Of a stretch of 36,286 bases of DNA, positions 27,503 to 36,286 are shown one piece after another. Position 1 is the stretch's first letter. Each line of letters opens with the position of its first letter. Made by a program: the position numbers and the translations under genes. This stretch comes from a virus (lineage: Duplodnaviria > Heunggongvirae > Uroviricota > Caudoviricetes): the IMG/VR virus record IMGVR_UViG_2778261315_000002; one strand, written 5' to 3'. Under the pieces are notes generated by a model that saw only the letters and a program-made list of their open reading frames with translations, had not been told where the DNA came from and searched no databases.

Positions 27503-27705
27503 TGCCCGCTTTATGTAGTGGTTTTCATGCACCTGCATGATCTACGCAAAAGCCCGCCAGTTCTGGCAGGCCTTAGCAAAAACGATCCTCAAACGATCAT
27601 GCGATCTCATGCGGCATAGACATGCTCCACAGAGCTAACGCCTCGCACAGCTCGTTGTTCAACCTTGCTGACGCCAGAAGCAAGTTCAGACGCCAGCAAC
27701 GTTTC

Positions 27706-27939
27706 TTAATGCAGCCAGCTGTCGTCTTCCCACACCTTCTGCATAATTTTCATCACTTGTTTTCTTTCTTCGTCCAGTTGCAGTCCGGTCAGTTCCACAC
27801 CGTTAGAGCTACCTTTGCGGATACGAATTACCGTTTTGGGATACAGGGGGCGCAGATTGCGGTAAAGCTCGGATTCAAGGGCGTCCAGTGTAGACTGGCT
27901 AACCTTCTGCTCTTTATCGATCATTATTTCAATGCGCAT
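27706..27939 (-). CDS. DinI-family protein
   Basis: 77 aa from the ATG at 27939 (GAGGTGA Shine-Dalgarno): MRIEIMIDKEQKVSQSTLDALESELYRNLRPLYP...WEDDSWLH, colinear with E. coli DinI from memory. Confidence 0.75.
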   Translation of the reverse strand: MRIEIMIDKEQKVSQSTLDALESELYRNLRPLYPKTVIRIRKGSSNGVELTGLQLDEERKQVMKIMQKVWEDDSWLH

Positions 27940-27949
27940 AAAAGTCACC

Positions 27950-28138
27950 TCAGCTGATGACATCCATTGAGCGGTTGTATTCGTGGGTTCTGATTTTTGC
28001 CATGAGTTCATCTGTCAGTTCAGAAACCCACTGCAGGGCCAGCCCCTTCTCTTCATCACTACACTCACTAGCCGCTACAAGCTTAAGAAAAAAATCAATG
28101 CGCTGGAGCTTCAAAGACTCCAAAAAATAGTCCTGCAT
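27950..28138 (-). CDS. Small SOS-regulated protein, first gene of the LexA-controlled operon (possible Tum-type antirepressor)
   Basis: 62 aa, ATG at 28138 with AGGAGG Shine-Dalgarno, 43 bp downstream of a consensus LexA box; function inferred from context only. Confidence 0.4.
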   Translation of the reverse strand: MQDYFLESLKLQRIDFFLKLVAASECSDEEKGLALQWVSELTDELMAKIRTHEYNRSMDVIS

Positions 28139-28180
28139 CTTTCCTCCTATGACACCAAAGCAATACTGTATACATGACCA

Positions 28181-28196
28181 CTGTTTATATTTACAG
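28181..28196. promoter_or_regulatory. LexA (SOS) box
   Basis: CTGTTTATATTTACAG fits the CTGT-N8-ACAG consensus exactly and overlaps the probable -10 region of the minus-strand promoter for the small gene plus dinI-like gene. Confidence 0.7.
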
Positions 28197-28290
28197 TATA
28201 TAATAATCTTACTGATGTAAAACGTTTTTTTATGCTCATCAGCCTGATATGCCTGGTATTATTAAGAGCACGAATTGTTAACCCGCTTAA

Positions 28291-30663
28291 TTAATACAGG
28301 TTTCGCCACTTATCATCTTCCTGCAAACGCTGGTTCCGATAGAAGATACGCAGGCCTGCTCCTGATGGAATACTGCCGCCGCGAAGCAGTAAATCGACCT
28401 CTTTCTCGCTGCCATCAATTCCCCTGGACTTCAGTTCATACACGAGCTGCTGTCGCTGATGATCTGTAATTCGCTGTTTGTAGTCTTTAAGCCGTTTCGG
28501 TTTCACAAGGCGTAACCTTGCTGCCAGTTCCCGGCGCTCTTTTTTGCTCATACTGTGCAGGTAATCGTGCAACTCCTTGTCATCCATGCGAGTGATATCC
28601 GTTCTGGTATCTCCATCAGCTGATTTGTCTTTCCCTTGTTGGTACAAATTTTCAGCAAGGGGACAGTTATTGCCACGAGTCCAAGGGGCGCAAGCGCCCT
28701 GGTCGGCTGCCGCCTCCTGAACGTCAACGGCTTTACGAACCATTTTCCACTTCACTGCATGAGTGCAGATCTTGCCCTCTGCAATGGGTGACCAGATGCC
28801 ATAAATACGAATACCGTGATCGCCATAGGCGGTCGGCTCTTCGTTGATTTCATAAGCGGTTCTGATGAGGTGATATTTACGGGGAACCAGTACGCCGCCC
28901 TGCTTCATGATGTAGGTGGCAAAGCAACCAGCATCAGCTGCAGCCAGAATGGCATCAAGGCGCGGGTTATCCAGTACCGGCGCACCTGCTTTTTTGTCAC
29001 CCTGTTGCCTTGCCGCCTGACCAGCCAGCAATCGCAGTTCACGGTAAGCCTGACGCCCCGGAATGCCAAAGAAGCGGAATTGCTGAACACGATGCAGAGA
29101 CGCCCAGGCATTAACGTATTCAGCGTTATCACGCAGAGATTTACCCGTTTCCTTGCTGATCTCGCCAGCCAGACCACGCCCGTCAATGTTCTTACTGATG
29201 TATTTCGCGATGTAGCTTGTTGGCGTACCTTTGCGCGGGTTAATCAACTCAGACTTAAAGCGCGGCCCAGTGTTATTGCCCAGTTCCTCGCGGTCTTCAC
29301 GGATGGCAAACTTACGCAGTAATGCAGTGATGGCGCGGCGGTCTTTTTTGCGCATAAAACACAACAGGTGCCAGTGAACTGTACCGTCATGATGCGGCTC
29401 AGCCACCCGCACGCCATACCACCGCAATCCGGCTTTGTGCATCGCCTTACGAAATGCAGCAAACATGCCGACCAGATAATCACTGCTTTGTCTTACCGTC
29501 GCATTTGTCCAAGTTGGGTTGGGCCTGCCATTATTTAGCGTGGAATGGAAACGTGACGGACAGGTGATGGTGTAGAAAACGGCGCAGTCACCGCGCATTT
29601 CCGCGATAAGCTCCAGGCCTTTAACACAGGCCATCATCTCATTGCGGCGATGCGCAGGGTTGCTGCTGCTGGCGTTTACCACATCCTCCATGTCCAGCGT
29701 GTCGCCGTCTTCGTTCACCAGTTCATGAGAACGAAAAAACTCCAGCGACTTACGGCGCTGCTCACGTTTATGCATCACGGCTTCATAGCTGACATAGGGA
29801 GATGCTTTTTTGCTGACCAGGCAGACAGCACGCAACTGCTCTTCCCGCCATTCGCAACGCATCTTCCATAATTTCCGGTACCACCAGTCAGCGCACAACA
29901 TACGCGCCAGCGAACCCGGAATGAGTTCATAGGGCACGGGTTTACGGCGGTTTCTTTTCCGGCGGAGTTGCTCAAACGCAGGCGGGATGACATCCAGACG
30001 CAGGGTTTCCGCTGCCACCTTTTCCCATGTCTTGCGGATTTCTTCTGGCTTAACGTCATCGGTGACATACAAATCGCCACAAGCTGCATCAAGGCACATG
30101 CTCATATGCGCAGCTACCAGGGTGGACAGGCGTTTCACCTGATCCTGACTCATTTCAGGCAGGATCAGCAGGCCGTCCAGCCCTTCATGGCTTGCCATAA
30201 AGCGAAAAGAAGTGGATAGCTGACAGTCGCGTACATGCTCCAGCCGTTCCAGACATGGCTTAATCGTCTCACGCAAATAGCGGGAATAAGCCTTTGGCCT
30301 GCCCAGGCTGCTGATGTATTCAATACGTTGCATCAGCGGCTTGCTGATATGGGAAGGCTGGGCATTGACGTCCGCCAGAATGACCATATCTGGATTAAAA
30401 CGCTGCTGCTCATGCGCCAGCTTTGCCCGACTAATGAGCTTATCCTGCTCCATTTCGCGCTGGACAGGATCACGGGATTCATTAAAGAAATAACGCTCCC
30501 AGACCTGATCACTCAGTGCCTCGCGGCGCAGCTGTTCCTGCTCGTTATCGGCAGCGTACAGAGCGATCAGGTTTGAAAGCGCAGAAACTGAAGATTGCTC
30601 TTCTGTCTCTACGTAAGGATTGATTGCTTTTTTCTCAGCATTCCAGGAATAGCTGTAGTTCAT
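28291..30663 (-). CDS. A: Replication initiation endonuclease A (rolling-circle initiator, HUH motif)
   Basis: About 790 aa from the ATG at 30663 (the track ORF extends to a TTG at 30714); HUH-like VHWHLLCF motif and downstream Tyr-containing region (YIAKYISK); P2 gpA position and similarity. Confidence 0.85.
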   Translation of the reverse strand: MNYSYSWNAEKKAINPYVETEEQSSVSALSNLIALYAADNEQEQLRREALSDQVWERYFFNESRDPVQREMEQDKLISRAKLAHEQQRFNPDMVILADVNAQPSHISKPLMQRIEYISSLGRPKAYSRYLRETIKPCLERLEHVRDCQLSTSFRFMASHEGLDGLLILPEMSQDQVKRLSTLVAAHMSMCLDAACGDLYVTDDVKPEEIRKTWEKVAAETLRLDVIPPAFEQLRRKRNRRKPVPYELIPGSLARMLCADWWYRKLWKMRCEWREEQLRAVCLVSKKASPYVSYEAVMHKREQRRKSLEFFRSHELVNEDGDTLDMEDVVNASSSNPAHRRNEMMACVKGLELIAEMRGDCAVFYTITCPSRFHSTLNNGRPNPTWTNATVRQSSDYLVGMFAAFRKAMHKAGLRWYGVRVAEPHHDGTVHWHLLCFMRKKDRRAITALLRKFAIREDREELGNNTGPRFKSELINPRKGTPTSYIAKYISKNIDGRGLAGEISKETGKSLRDNAEYVNAWASLHRVQQFRFFGIPGRQAYRELRLLAGQAARQQGDKKAGAPVLDNPRLDAILAAADAGCFATYIMKQGGVLVPRKYHLIRTAYEINEEPTAYGDHGIRIYGIWSPIAEGKICTHAVKWKMVRKAVDVQEAAADQGACAPWTRGNNCPLAENLYQQGKDKSADGDTRTDITRMDDKELHDYLHSMSKKERRELAARLRLVKPKRLKDYKQRITDHQRQQLVYELKSRGIDGSEKEVDLLLRGGSIPSGAGLRIFYRNQRLQEDDKWRNLY

Positions 30664-31493
30664 TACGCAATCTCCAGTTCGAGCTGTGAAGGCTGCAAAC
30701 CATTCGACAGCCAATCAGAAACTGAAGGTGGGCGAACAGCTTCAATTGCACCTTTTAAAATTGCGCAACGGTTTTTCAGAATGACAGCTTTCAGCTCCTT
30801 TTCCGTCAGATTGCGCGAATACTCAGCCTCCTGAATAGCCCGCGTCAGCTCAGGATATTTGCTATTAAATTTGGGGACATTGCAGGCAAGATTTGTACTG
30901 TCGGCAGTCGCCAGTGGGTAATTTCCCAACACACGACCGTCAAGCATGCGCAAACCATGAACAGCTGTTTTGAAATTGTGTCGGCAATAAATTGCTTCAA
31001 AAGCGTCCTGCATACGACGATGCCAGTGCGCAGTTCTGATAGCCGCATATTCACCAGACGATCCAAAGCAGACACGAGGCCATTCACGACATAGCTCGAT
31101 AAGCCGATCGATTGACTCGTGCAGATGCCAGACCGGAGTTGCCTTCCCGTAGAACATTTTCGGAACTTCGTTTATCAGGGCATCATTGTCACGTTCACCT
31201 CCGTCCACAACATCAGGAATGACAAAAAAAGCGACCTTAGGATGGTGGTAATAGTTCAGGAGCCATTTATAAAAATCACTCCAGTTAATTTTTAGCCCAC
31301 GCACCCATGCAGAAAATGCGCCGTTATCAATGCCGACGACCTGAGCGTGCTGAATGGACGCCGCAATCTGATCTGGTCGTACATAGGATACGAAAGCGCC
31401 AGCTCCGCTCACCGCAATACGATGAACGTCGCCAGCACTTCCCCAGACAGGCGTCCCATGGAAATGATGAATTCCGTGGTGCATTTCTTTCAC
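30663..31493 (-). CDS. Hypothetical protein between dam and A; possible TIM-barrel transglycosylase-like (TGT/DpdA-like) DNA-modification enzyme, speculative
   Basis: 276-aa ORF overlapping both neighbours (GTGA with the dam stop, TAATG with the A start). Motifs [17 protein letters not shown] and LATADST loosely parallel the three Asp-containing motifs of tRNA-guanine transglycosylases; this is a weak, by-eye resemblance only. Confidence 0.3.
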   Translation of the reverse strand: MKEMHHGIHHFHGTPVWGSAGDVHRIAVSGAGAFVSYVRPDQIAASIQHAQVVGIDNGAFSAWVRGLKINWSDFYKWLLNYYHHPKVAFFVIPDVVDGGERDNDALINEVPKMFYGKATPVWHLHESIDRLIELCREWPRVCFGSSGEYAAIRTAHWHRRMQDAFEAIYCRHNFKTAVHGLRMLDGRVLGNYPLATADSTNLACNVPKFNSKYPELTRAIQEAEYSRNLTEKELKAVILKNRCAILKGAIEAVRPPSVSDWLSNGLQPSQLELEIA

Positions 31494-32344
31494 ACTTGCA
31501 CCCCGAAAATAACAGTAGAGTCACGTCCCCTACTAAAATCGGCACTAAACCAATTAGCAGATTTAGTGGCAATCATCTCTGTTGCAAATTTTCCCTCCCC
31601 CGCTGCAACGCCGATGCTGCGTTTCGCCCTGATGTAGTGGTGAGTGAAATTACGATAAAGGGACCGGGTCAAAGACGTGTTACTGTTAGAAACAATGACC
31701 GGATGTCCTTCTGATGACCGATGTTCAAGAATGGATGCCAGGTGATACTGATCATCTTCAGTGAAACCATCAGTGCGATAGCCGGAAAACGTACCGTCAT
31801 AAGGCGGATCGCAATACACCACATCCCCCACCTTCAACATCGCCAGCGTTTCATCAAAGCTGGCGCAGATAAACGTTGCCCGCTGGGCTTTCTCTGCAAA
31901 TGCGCGAATTTCTTTTTCAGGGAAATACGGATTTTTATAATTACCGTAGGGAATGTTGAAATGCCTGCTCTTGTTATAGCGACATAAACCACGGTAACCG
32001 TGACGATTGAGATACAGGAAATATACCGCTTTCATGAAATCAGTAATTTCAGTGGAGTAATTAAACTCCTGCCTTATGTTGTAATAAGCCACCTCCCTGT
32101 TTGCTTCCTCAAATAAAGCTCTGGCACGAGATATAAACGCCTCACAATCAGCAGCAACCTTTTTATAGAGGTTGATTAAATCAGGATTAATATCCGCAAC
32201 AAGATAGCTGGGATAATCCGTCTCCATCATCACTGCACAGGAACCCGCGAAAGGTTCAACCAGTCGCGGGCCAGCAGGAAGATGCTTTTTCAGTTCGGAC
32301 ATTATGGCGGTTTTATTTCCTGCCCATTTCAGGATGGTGCTCAT
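31490..32344 (-). CDS. dam: DNA N6-adenine methyltransferase (Dam family)
   Basis: 284 aa from the ATG at 32344 (GGAGGTG Shine-Dalgarno; ATGA overlap with the upstream stop): KWAGNK, FAGS and DPPY motifs. Confidence 0.85.
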   Translation of the reverse strand: MSTILKWAGNKTAIMSELKKHLPAGPRLVEPFAGSCAVMMETDYPSYLVADINPDLINLYKKVAADCEAFISRARALFEEANREVAYYNIRQEFNYSTEITDFMKAVYFLYLNRHGYRGLCRYNKSRHFNIPYGNYKNPYFPEKEIRAFAEKAQRATFICASFDETLAMLKVGDVVYCDPPYDGTFSGYRTDGFTEDDQYHLASILEHRSSEGHPVIVSNSNTSLTRSLYRNFTHHYIRAKRSIGVAAGEGKFATEMIATKSANWFSADFSRGRDSTVIFGVQV

Positions 32345-32568
32345 ACAGCACCTCCGTTGTAATGTTTGCCTTTCAGCTCTGCGATTTCCTGACAGGTAAT
32401 GCAAAGCTGCACACCCGGAATGGCACGGCGGCGTGCTGGCGGAATTGGCGCTTCACACTCAACGCAAAGCACGCGGGACACGCCCGGCGTTTTGGCACGG
32501 GCAGCACGGATATGGCGTTGGCGTTCTTCTTCAACGCGCTGCTGTACGAGATCCATTGCATCAGCCAT
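32341..32568 (-). CDS. TraR/DksA-family C4 zinc-finger protein
   Basis: 75 aa with CVEC...CITC pattern. Confidence 0.65.
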   Translation of the reverse strand: MADAMDLVQQRVEEERQRHIRAARAKTPGVSRVLCVECEAPIPPARRRAIPGVQLCITCQEIAELKGKHYNGGAV

Positions 32569-32801
32569 CAGTGGATCTCCTGCGCTTCGTTCTGGATTGC
32601 TTCAGCAGTCACACGCAGCAGTTCTGCCGCTTCGACGTGGTTTAGCTGGCGGGAGGTGATATGACACGCCAGGCTATCGAGGCGAGCAGCCATTGCTTCA
32701 GCCCTTGCCCGGCGTTCTTCCAGACGAGCCTCTGTCAGTAAAAGATTAAGACCTGCATCATCCGGTCCGGTTTTGGTCGTGAGGGTTTCAATATTACGCA
32801 T
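32568..32801 (-). CDS. Hypothetical early-region protein
   Basis: 77 aa from the ATG at 32801 (AGGAGA Shine-Dalgarno); position of the small orfs upstream of P2 gene A. Confidence 0.4.
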   Translation of the reverse strand: MRNIETLTTKTGPDDAGLNLLLTEARLEERRARAEAMAARLDSLACHITSRQLNHVEAAELLRVTAEAIQNEAQEIH

Positions 32802-32868
32802 AAGCAATTCTCCTGAATTTAGATAAAGGGATGCCCGGCGGGTTTACGCCATTAATTTCATTAGTTGG

Positions 32869-33210
32869 TTAATTCGGCATGGTTAGCCGTCTGGGAAATA
32901 AGCTCACCACTGCACGAAAATGATTCATTGCTTTAATCAACTCCCGCTTTTCGTCAGTGGTCAGCTCATTAATGCTGATGCTATGACGTTCAGCTGGAAT
33001 TTTTGCCATAAAGAATATGGCAGCCAGTGCCCGTTTATTTTGTTCATTATTGATATCCCGAGGATCACGCATATCTTTAATAAACCGCTCAAGCTCTGAC
33101 TCAATATTCAAACCAAAAACTTTCGCCCTTAACTCCGCAATATGATTAAGTCCATTCAGGCGTTCACCGGGTCTTAATGGAACAGTCGCCGCAGCGCCTT
33201 CAATAGCCAT
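32869..33210 (-). CDS. Hypothetical early-region protein
   Basis: 113 aa, ATG with GGGGGA Shine-Dalgarno; position corresponds to 186 fil/dhr-type early genes; no motif assigned. Confidence 0.4.
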   Translation of the reverse strand: MAIEGAAATVPLRPGERLNGLNHIAELRAKVFGLNIESELERFIKDMRDPRDINNEQNKRALAAIFFMAKIPAERHSISINELTTDEKRELIKAMNHFRAVVSLFPRRLTMPN

Positions 33211-33374
33211 TTGTTCCCCCGTTTTTTCGTAGATAGTTCTGCCAGCAATTCATCTTGTGAACGGCACGGATGCCAGCGTTTACCATCCTCACCCATGATC
33301 CAGCCGTGACCGTAGTGCATTGCCGGACTTTGTTTTACCAGCAGCGATGCAAATGATGGTTCTTTCGTCAGCAT
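33174..33374 (-). CDS. Hypothetical small early protein
   Basis: 66 aa from the ATG at 33374 (GAGGTG Shine-Dalgarno), 8 nt after the cII stop; the track ORF starts at a GTG at 33404. Confidence 0.4.
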   Translation of the reverse strand: MLTKEPSFASLLVKQSPAMHYGHGWIMGEDGKRWHPCRSQDELLAELSTKKRGNKWLLKALRRLFH

Positions 33375-33381
33375 AAGCACC

Positions 33382-33891
33382 TCACAGCAAACCGAATGAA
33401 GCACCGAGGCCAGTCACGGTATCAACTGCACTCGCCATCGCAGGATTAGCCTGTAAACGGGCCTGCAATGAAACAGCAGCCAGCGCCATCAGTCGTGTAA
33501 CAGAGTTAATGCTGCTGATCGCATCACGACGGCCTGCACTGGTTTTTACATCGCCAGAAACCGCACCTGCCGCGACACGCCCTATCTCTGCAGTTGCACT
33601 CATGACGTAATGCGGCAGTTTCTCTTTTGCCACCTCATTAATCGGTACACATGGCAGGCAGTGAATCTGTGCCAGAAAGCCATCTACCAGCGTTGAATCT
33701 TCAGTCAGATCGGTAAGCAACCAGATTTCTGGTGCGGTTAATAAATGAGGTTGAGCTGGGTTCAGCTTGTTCCGCAGAATCTGCACATTCATGCCTGCAC
33801 GTTCTGCCAGTTGCACTAGGTTGTGGCGCAATGCGAATGCACGACAGGCTTCATCAAAATGTGGATGTTTGGAAACTTGGTAATCAAACAT
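33382..33891 (-). CDS. cII: CII-type transcriptional activator (phage 186 CII-like)
   Basis: 169 aa from the ATG at 33891 ([20 protein letters not shown]...); matches my recollection of the 186 CII N-terminus and length; the track ORF begins two codons upstream at a TTG. Confidence 0.7.
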   Translation of the reverse strand: MFDYQVSKHPHFDEACRAFALRHNLVQLAERAGMNVQILRNKLNPAQPHLLTAPEIWLLTDLTEDSTLVDGFLAQIHCLPCVPINEVAKEKLPHYVMSATAEIGRVAAGAVSGDVKTSAGRRDAISSINSVTRLMALAAVSLQARLQANPAMASAVDTVTGLGASFGLL

Positions 33892-33923
33892 GGTCAATGC
33901 CTCTGATGTATTTCAGAATCGAA

Positions 33924-34145
33924 CTAATTAAGGTTTAGATTGCATTCTGAAAGCGCATCAACGGTCATGGCTGCTATGTTGATCATCACTTTTTCACGTT
34001 TTTTATCTTTGCGCAGACGGTGACGGATAAGGCGTCCGTCAGCCAACATGTCATTGATGGTATCGATGGACAGCCCTGTCAGCTCGCTATAGCGTTCAAT
34101 AGTCACATGAGGCGTGGTAAGAGTGATTGAAATGTTAGGTCTCAT
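33924..34145 (-). CDS. Apl/Cox-type excisionase and early regulator
   Basis: 73-aa basic protein; first gene of the early operon, divergent from cI, in the position of 186 apl and P2 cox. Confidence 0.55.
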   Translation of the reverse strand: MRPNISITLTTPHVTIERYSELTGLSIDTINDMLADGRLIRHRLRKDKKREKVMINIAAMTVDALSECNLNLN

Positions 34146-34264
34146 GATGCAACATTCCTCGTTTAATGATGATTAATCAGGACGAATACGGATCGTTTGT
34201 ATTTTGTGAACACCATAAACATACGATCGCACATTGAAATCGTCAAGATAAAAGTTCACTTGGA
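34146..34264. promoter_or_regulatory. Lysis-lysogeny switch region (early and repressor promoters, operators)
   Basis: 119-bp intergenic region between divergently oriented apl-like and cI-like genes. In 186 and P2 the two promoters here are face-to-face; operators not mapped. Confidence 0.5.
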
Positions 34265-34270
34265 GTGACC

Positions 34271-34840
34271 ATGAATTTGGAGAAAGGCGGACGAGGCGCT
34301 ATAGAGCGCATGGTAGAAGCTTATGGATTCAAAACTCGACAGGCGTTGTGCGATCATTTAGGAATCTCTAAAAGTACACTCGCCACACGCTACATGCGTG
34401 ACTCATTCCCAGCAGAATGGGTAATCCAGTGCGCCCTTGAAACGGGCACCTCGCTTAATTGGCTCACAACCGGACATGGTTCAAAGCAAACTTCAGGTAA
34501 TACAAATACTATGGAAGTTGCTAAATATGTATTATCTGATGGTGCCTTGCGTGAAGACGGTTTTTATATTTTTGATAAGGGATTTCTACCCTCTACGTTT
34601 AAAAAACCTTTTGTCATCACAGATAACAATTCTGAATTTATTTGTGATAAAGAATTTGATGATATACGTGACGGTAAATGGGTAATAAGTATTGATGGCG
34701 AAATAACAATCCGCGACATTACTCGTTTACCCGGTGGAAGAATCTTCGTTGAAGGTGGAAACAGAGCCTTCGAGTGCAAGATAGAAGATGTTGAAATAAT
34801 TGGGAAAATTATAAGTTTAACAATTAAGTACGTTAGGTAA
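34271..34840 (+). CDS. cI: Immunity repressor CI (186 CI-like; N-terminal HTH)
   Basis: 189 aa from the ATG at 34271 (GGAG Shine-Dalgarno; the track starts at a GTG at 34265); HTH QALCDHLGISKSTLATRYMR; AT-rich C-terminal domain; position between the switch and int. Confidence 0.7.
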   Translation: MNLEKGGRGAIERMVEAYGFKTRQALCDHLGISKSTLATRYMRDSFPAEWVIQCALETGTSLNWLTTGHGSKQTSGNTNTMEVAKYVLSDGALREDGFYIFDKGFLPSTFKKPFVITDNNSEFICDKEFDDIRDGKWVISIDGEITIRDITRLPGGRIFVEGGNRAFECKIEDVEIIGKIISLTIKYVR

Positions 34841-34855
34841 TACCGGGAGGAAACT

Positions 34856-35047
34856 ATGCTTGGTAAGGTATTTTTTGTGGTTTTATCATGCTCTTTGTTA
34901 TTAAACCCACTAACTACCTATGCTAAAAATTATCCTTGTTCTGGGAAAAAGGGAGGTGTCTCTCACTGTACCTCCGATGGAAAGTTCGTTTGCAATGATG
35001 GAACTATTAGTAAATCAAAAAAAATCTGTACTAAAAACTCGCGATAA
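34856..35047 (+). CDS. Small secreted Cys-rich peptide (signal peptide plus ~40-aa mature part with four Cys)
   Basis: 63-aa ORF with strong GGGAGG Shine-Dalgarno 6 nt upstream; hydrophobic leader [23 protein letters not shown]; AT-rich; inserted between cI and int. Confidence 0.5.
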   Translation: MLGKVFFVVLSCSLLLNPLTTYAKNYPCSGKKGGVSHCTSDGKFVCNDGTISKSKKICTKNSR

Positions 35048-35233
35048 ATTTTGCTTTTATATCTGCGCCTAATATAACAATGAGCCGCAGGCTAACCGCA
35101 AAAGTCACATACTCACATAGCAAAAAATAGCCAACTTCATTATGGCTTCAGTGAGATGTATGGTCGCAGGATTTCATACATTGACACTGGTTATACATAC
35201 AGTAAAAATGCTCTCTATTGGAGGGCATTTTTT

Positions 35234-36286
35234 ATGGCAGTACGAAAACTCACCACAGGAAAATGGCTTTGCGAATGTTACCCCGCCGGACGTAGTGGGC
35301 GTCGTGTGCGTAAACAATTCGCCACCAAAGGCGAAGCTCTGGCTTTTGAGCGCCATACGATGGAAGAAACCGAAGCAAAGCCCTGGCTGGGAGAATCAGT
35401 GGATCGTCGAACACTGAAAGACGTGGTTGAGCTATGGTTCAAACTACATGGTAAATCTCTAACCGCTGGGCAGCATGTCTATGATAAATTGCTGTTGATT
35501 GTTGACGCTCTGGGCAATCCCCTAGCAACCGATCTCACCTCTAAAATGTTTGCCCACTATCGAGATAAACGCCTGACAGGTGAGATCTACTTCAGCGAGA
35601 AATGGAAGAAAGGAGCAAGCCCGGTCACCATTAACCTGGAGCAAAGCTATCTAAGTAGTGTTTTTAGCGAACTATCCCGCCTGGGCGAATGGTCGTATCC
35701 GAACCCACTGGAGAACATGCGAAAATTCACCATCGCAGAAAAAGAGATGGCATGGCTTACCCATGAGCAGATTGTTGAATTGCTGGCTGATTGTAAACGT
35801 CAGGACCCGATTCTGGCACTGGTAGTTAAGATATGCTTAAGCACAGGCGCACGCTGGCGTGAAGCCGTAAATCTTACCCGCTCACAGGTGACCAAATACC
35901 GAATTACCTTTGTCAGAACGAAGGGGAAGAAAAACAGAAGCATCCCTATCAGTAAAGAGCTTTACGAAGAGATCATGGCGCTTGATGGGTTCAATTTCTT
36001 TACAGACTGCTATTTTCAATTTTTATCCGTGATGGAAAAAACGTCTATCGTGCTCCCTCGCGGTCAACTCACACACGTTCTGCGCCATACATTTGCGGCG
36101 CACTTCATGATGTCGGGTGGAAACATTCTCGCCTTACAAAAAATTCTCGGACACCACGATATAAAAATGACTATGCGTTACGCACATCTGGCACCAGATC
36201 ATCTGGAAACGGCGCTCCGTTTCAATCCTCTGGCAACGCTGCCAAGTGGCGACAAAGTGGCGGCAGCGGTTGGCATTACCCCGTAA
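35234..36286 (+). CDS. int: Tyrosine integrase (P2/186 family)
   Basis: 350 aa from the ATG at 35234 (GGAGGG Shine-Dalgarno); C-terminal catalytic region ...VLRHTFAAHFMMSGGNILALQKILGHHDIKMTMRYAHL; the stop is the last codon of the window. Confidence 0.85.
   Translation: MAVRKLTTGKWLCECYPAGRSGRRVRKQFATKGEALAFERHTMEETEAKPWLGESVDRRTLKDVVELWFKLHGKSLTAGQHVYDKLLLIVDALGNPLATDLTSKMFAHYRDKRLTGEIYFSEKWKKGASPVTINLEQSYLSSVFSELSRLGEWSYPNPLENMRKFTIAEKEMAWLTHEQIVELLADCKRQDPILALVVKICLSTGARWREAVNLTRSQVTKYRITFVRTKGKKNRSIPISKELYEEIMALDGFNFFTDCYFQFLSVMEKTSIVLPRGQLTHVLRHTFAAHFMMSGGNILALQKILGHHDIKMTMRYAHLAPDHLETALRFNPLATLPSGDKVAAAVGITP

Noticed and set aside
28201-28290. Possible terminator downstream of gene A
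   Set aside because: No convincing GC-rich hairpin followed by a T-run on the minus strand; the region is more likely just the SOS promoter.
1-36286. CRISPR arrays, IS elements, tRNA or rRNA genes
   Set aside because: No regularly spaced direct repeats, no transposase-like ORFs with terminal inverted repeats, and no tRNA-like sequence found at either prophage end by visual inspection.

Overview
The window opens with three host genes (grxA, ybjM, ybjL; enterobacterial core) and from about 2.8 kb to the window end carries a complete P2/186-family myovirus prophage of roughly 33.5 kb. All calls rest on reading the supplied translations and sequence by eye; no database search was run. Prophage order, left to right: late activator ogr, tail genes D-U-T-E/E'-FII-FI, a Hin/Gin-family invertase with an invertible tail-fibre segment, H-I-J-W-V, S-R, lysis cassette, X-L-M-N-O, divergent terminase P and portal Q, a candidate cos, an SOS-controlled DinI module, replication gene A with a Dam methylase, a 186-like CII/Apl/CI switch, and integrase. 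The most interesting content is accessory cargo: (1) an AT-rich single gene with a TIR-like N-terminal domain inserted between tail genes S and V; (2) an AT-rich, translationally coupled two-gene operon (soluble 331-aa protein plus 4-TM membrane protein) between the portal gene and the candidate cos; (3) an unassigned 276-aa protein wedged between Dam and gene A; (4) a small secreted Cys-rich peptide between cI and int. No rRNA, tRNA, CRISPR array or IS element was recognised.
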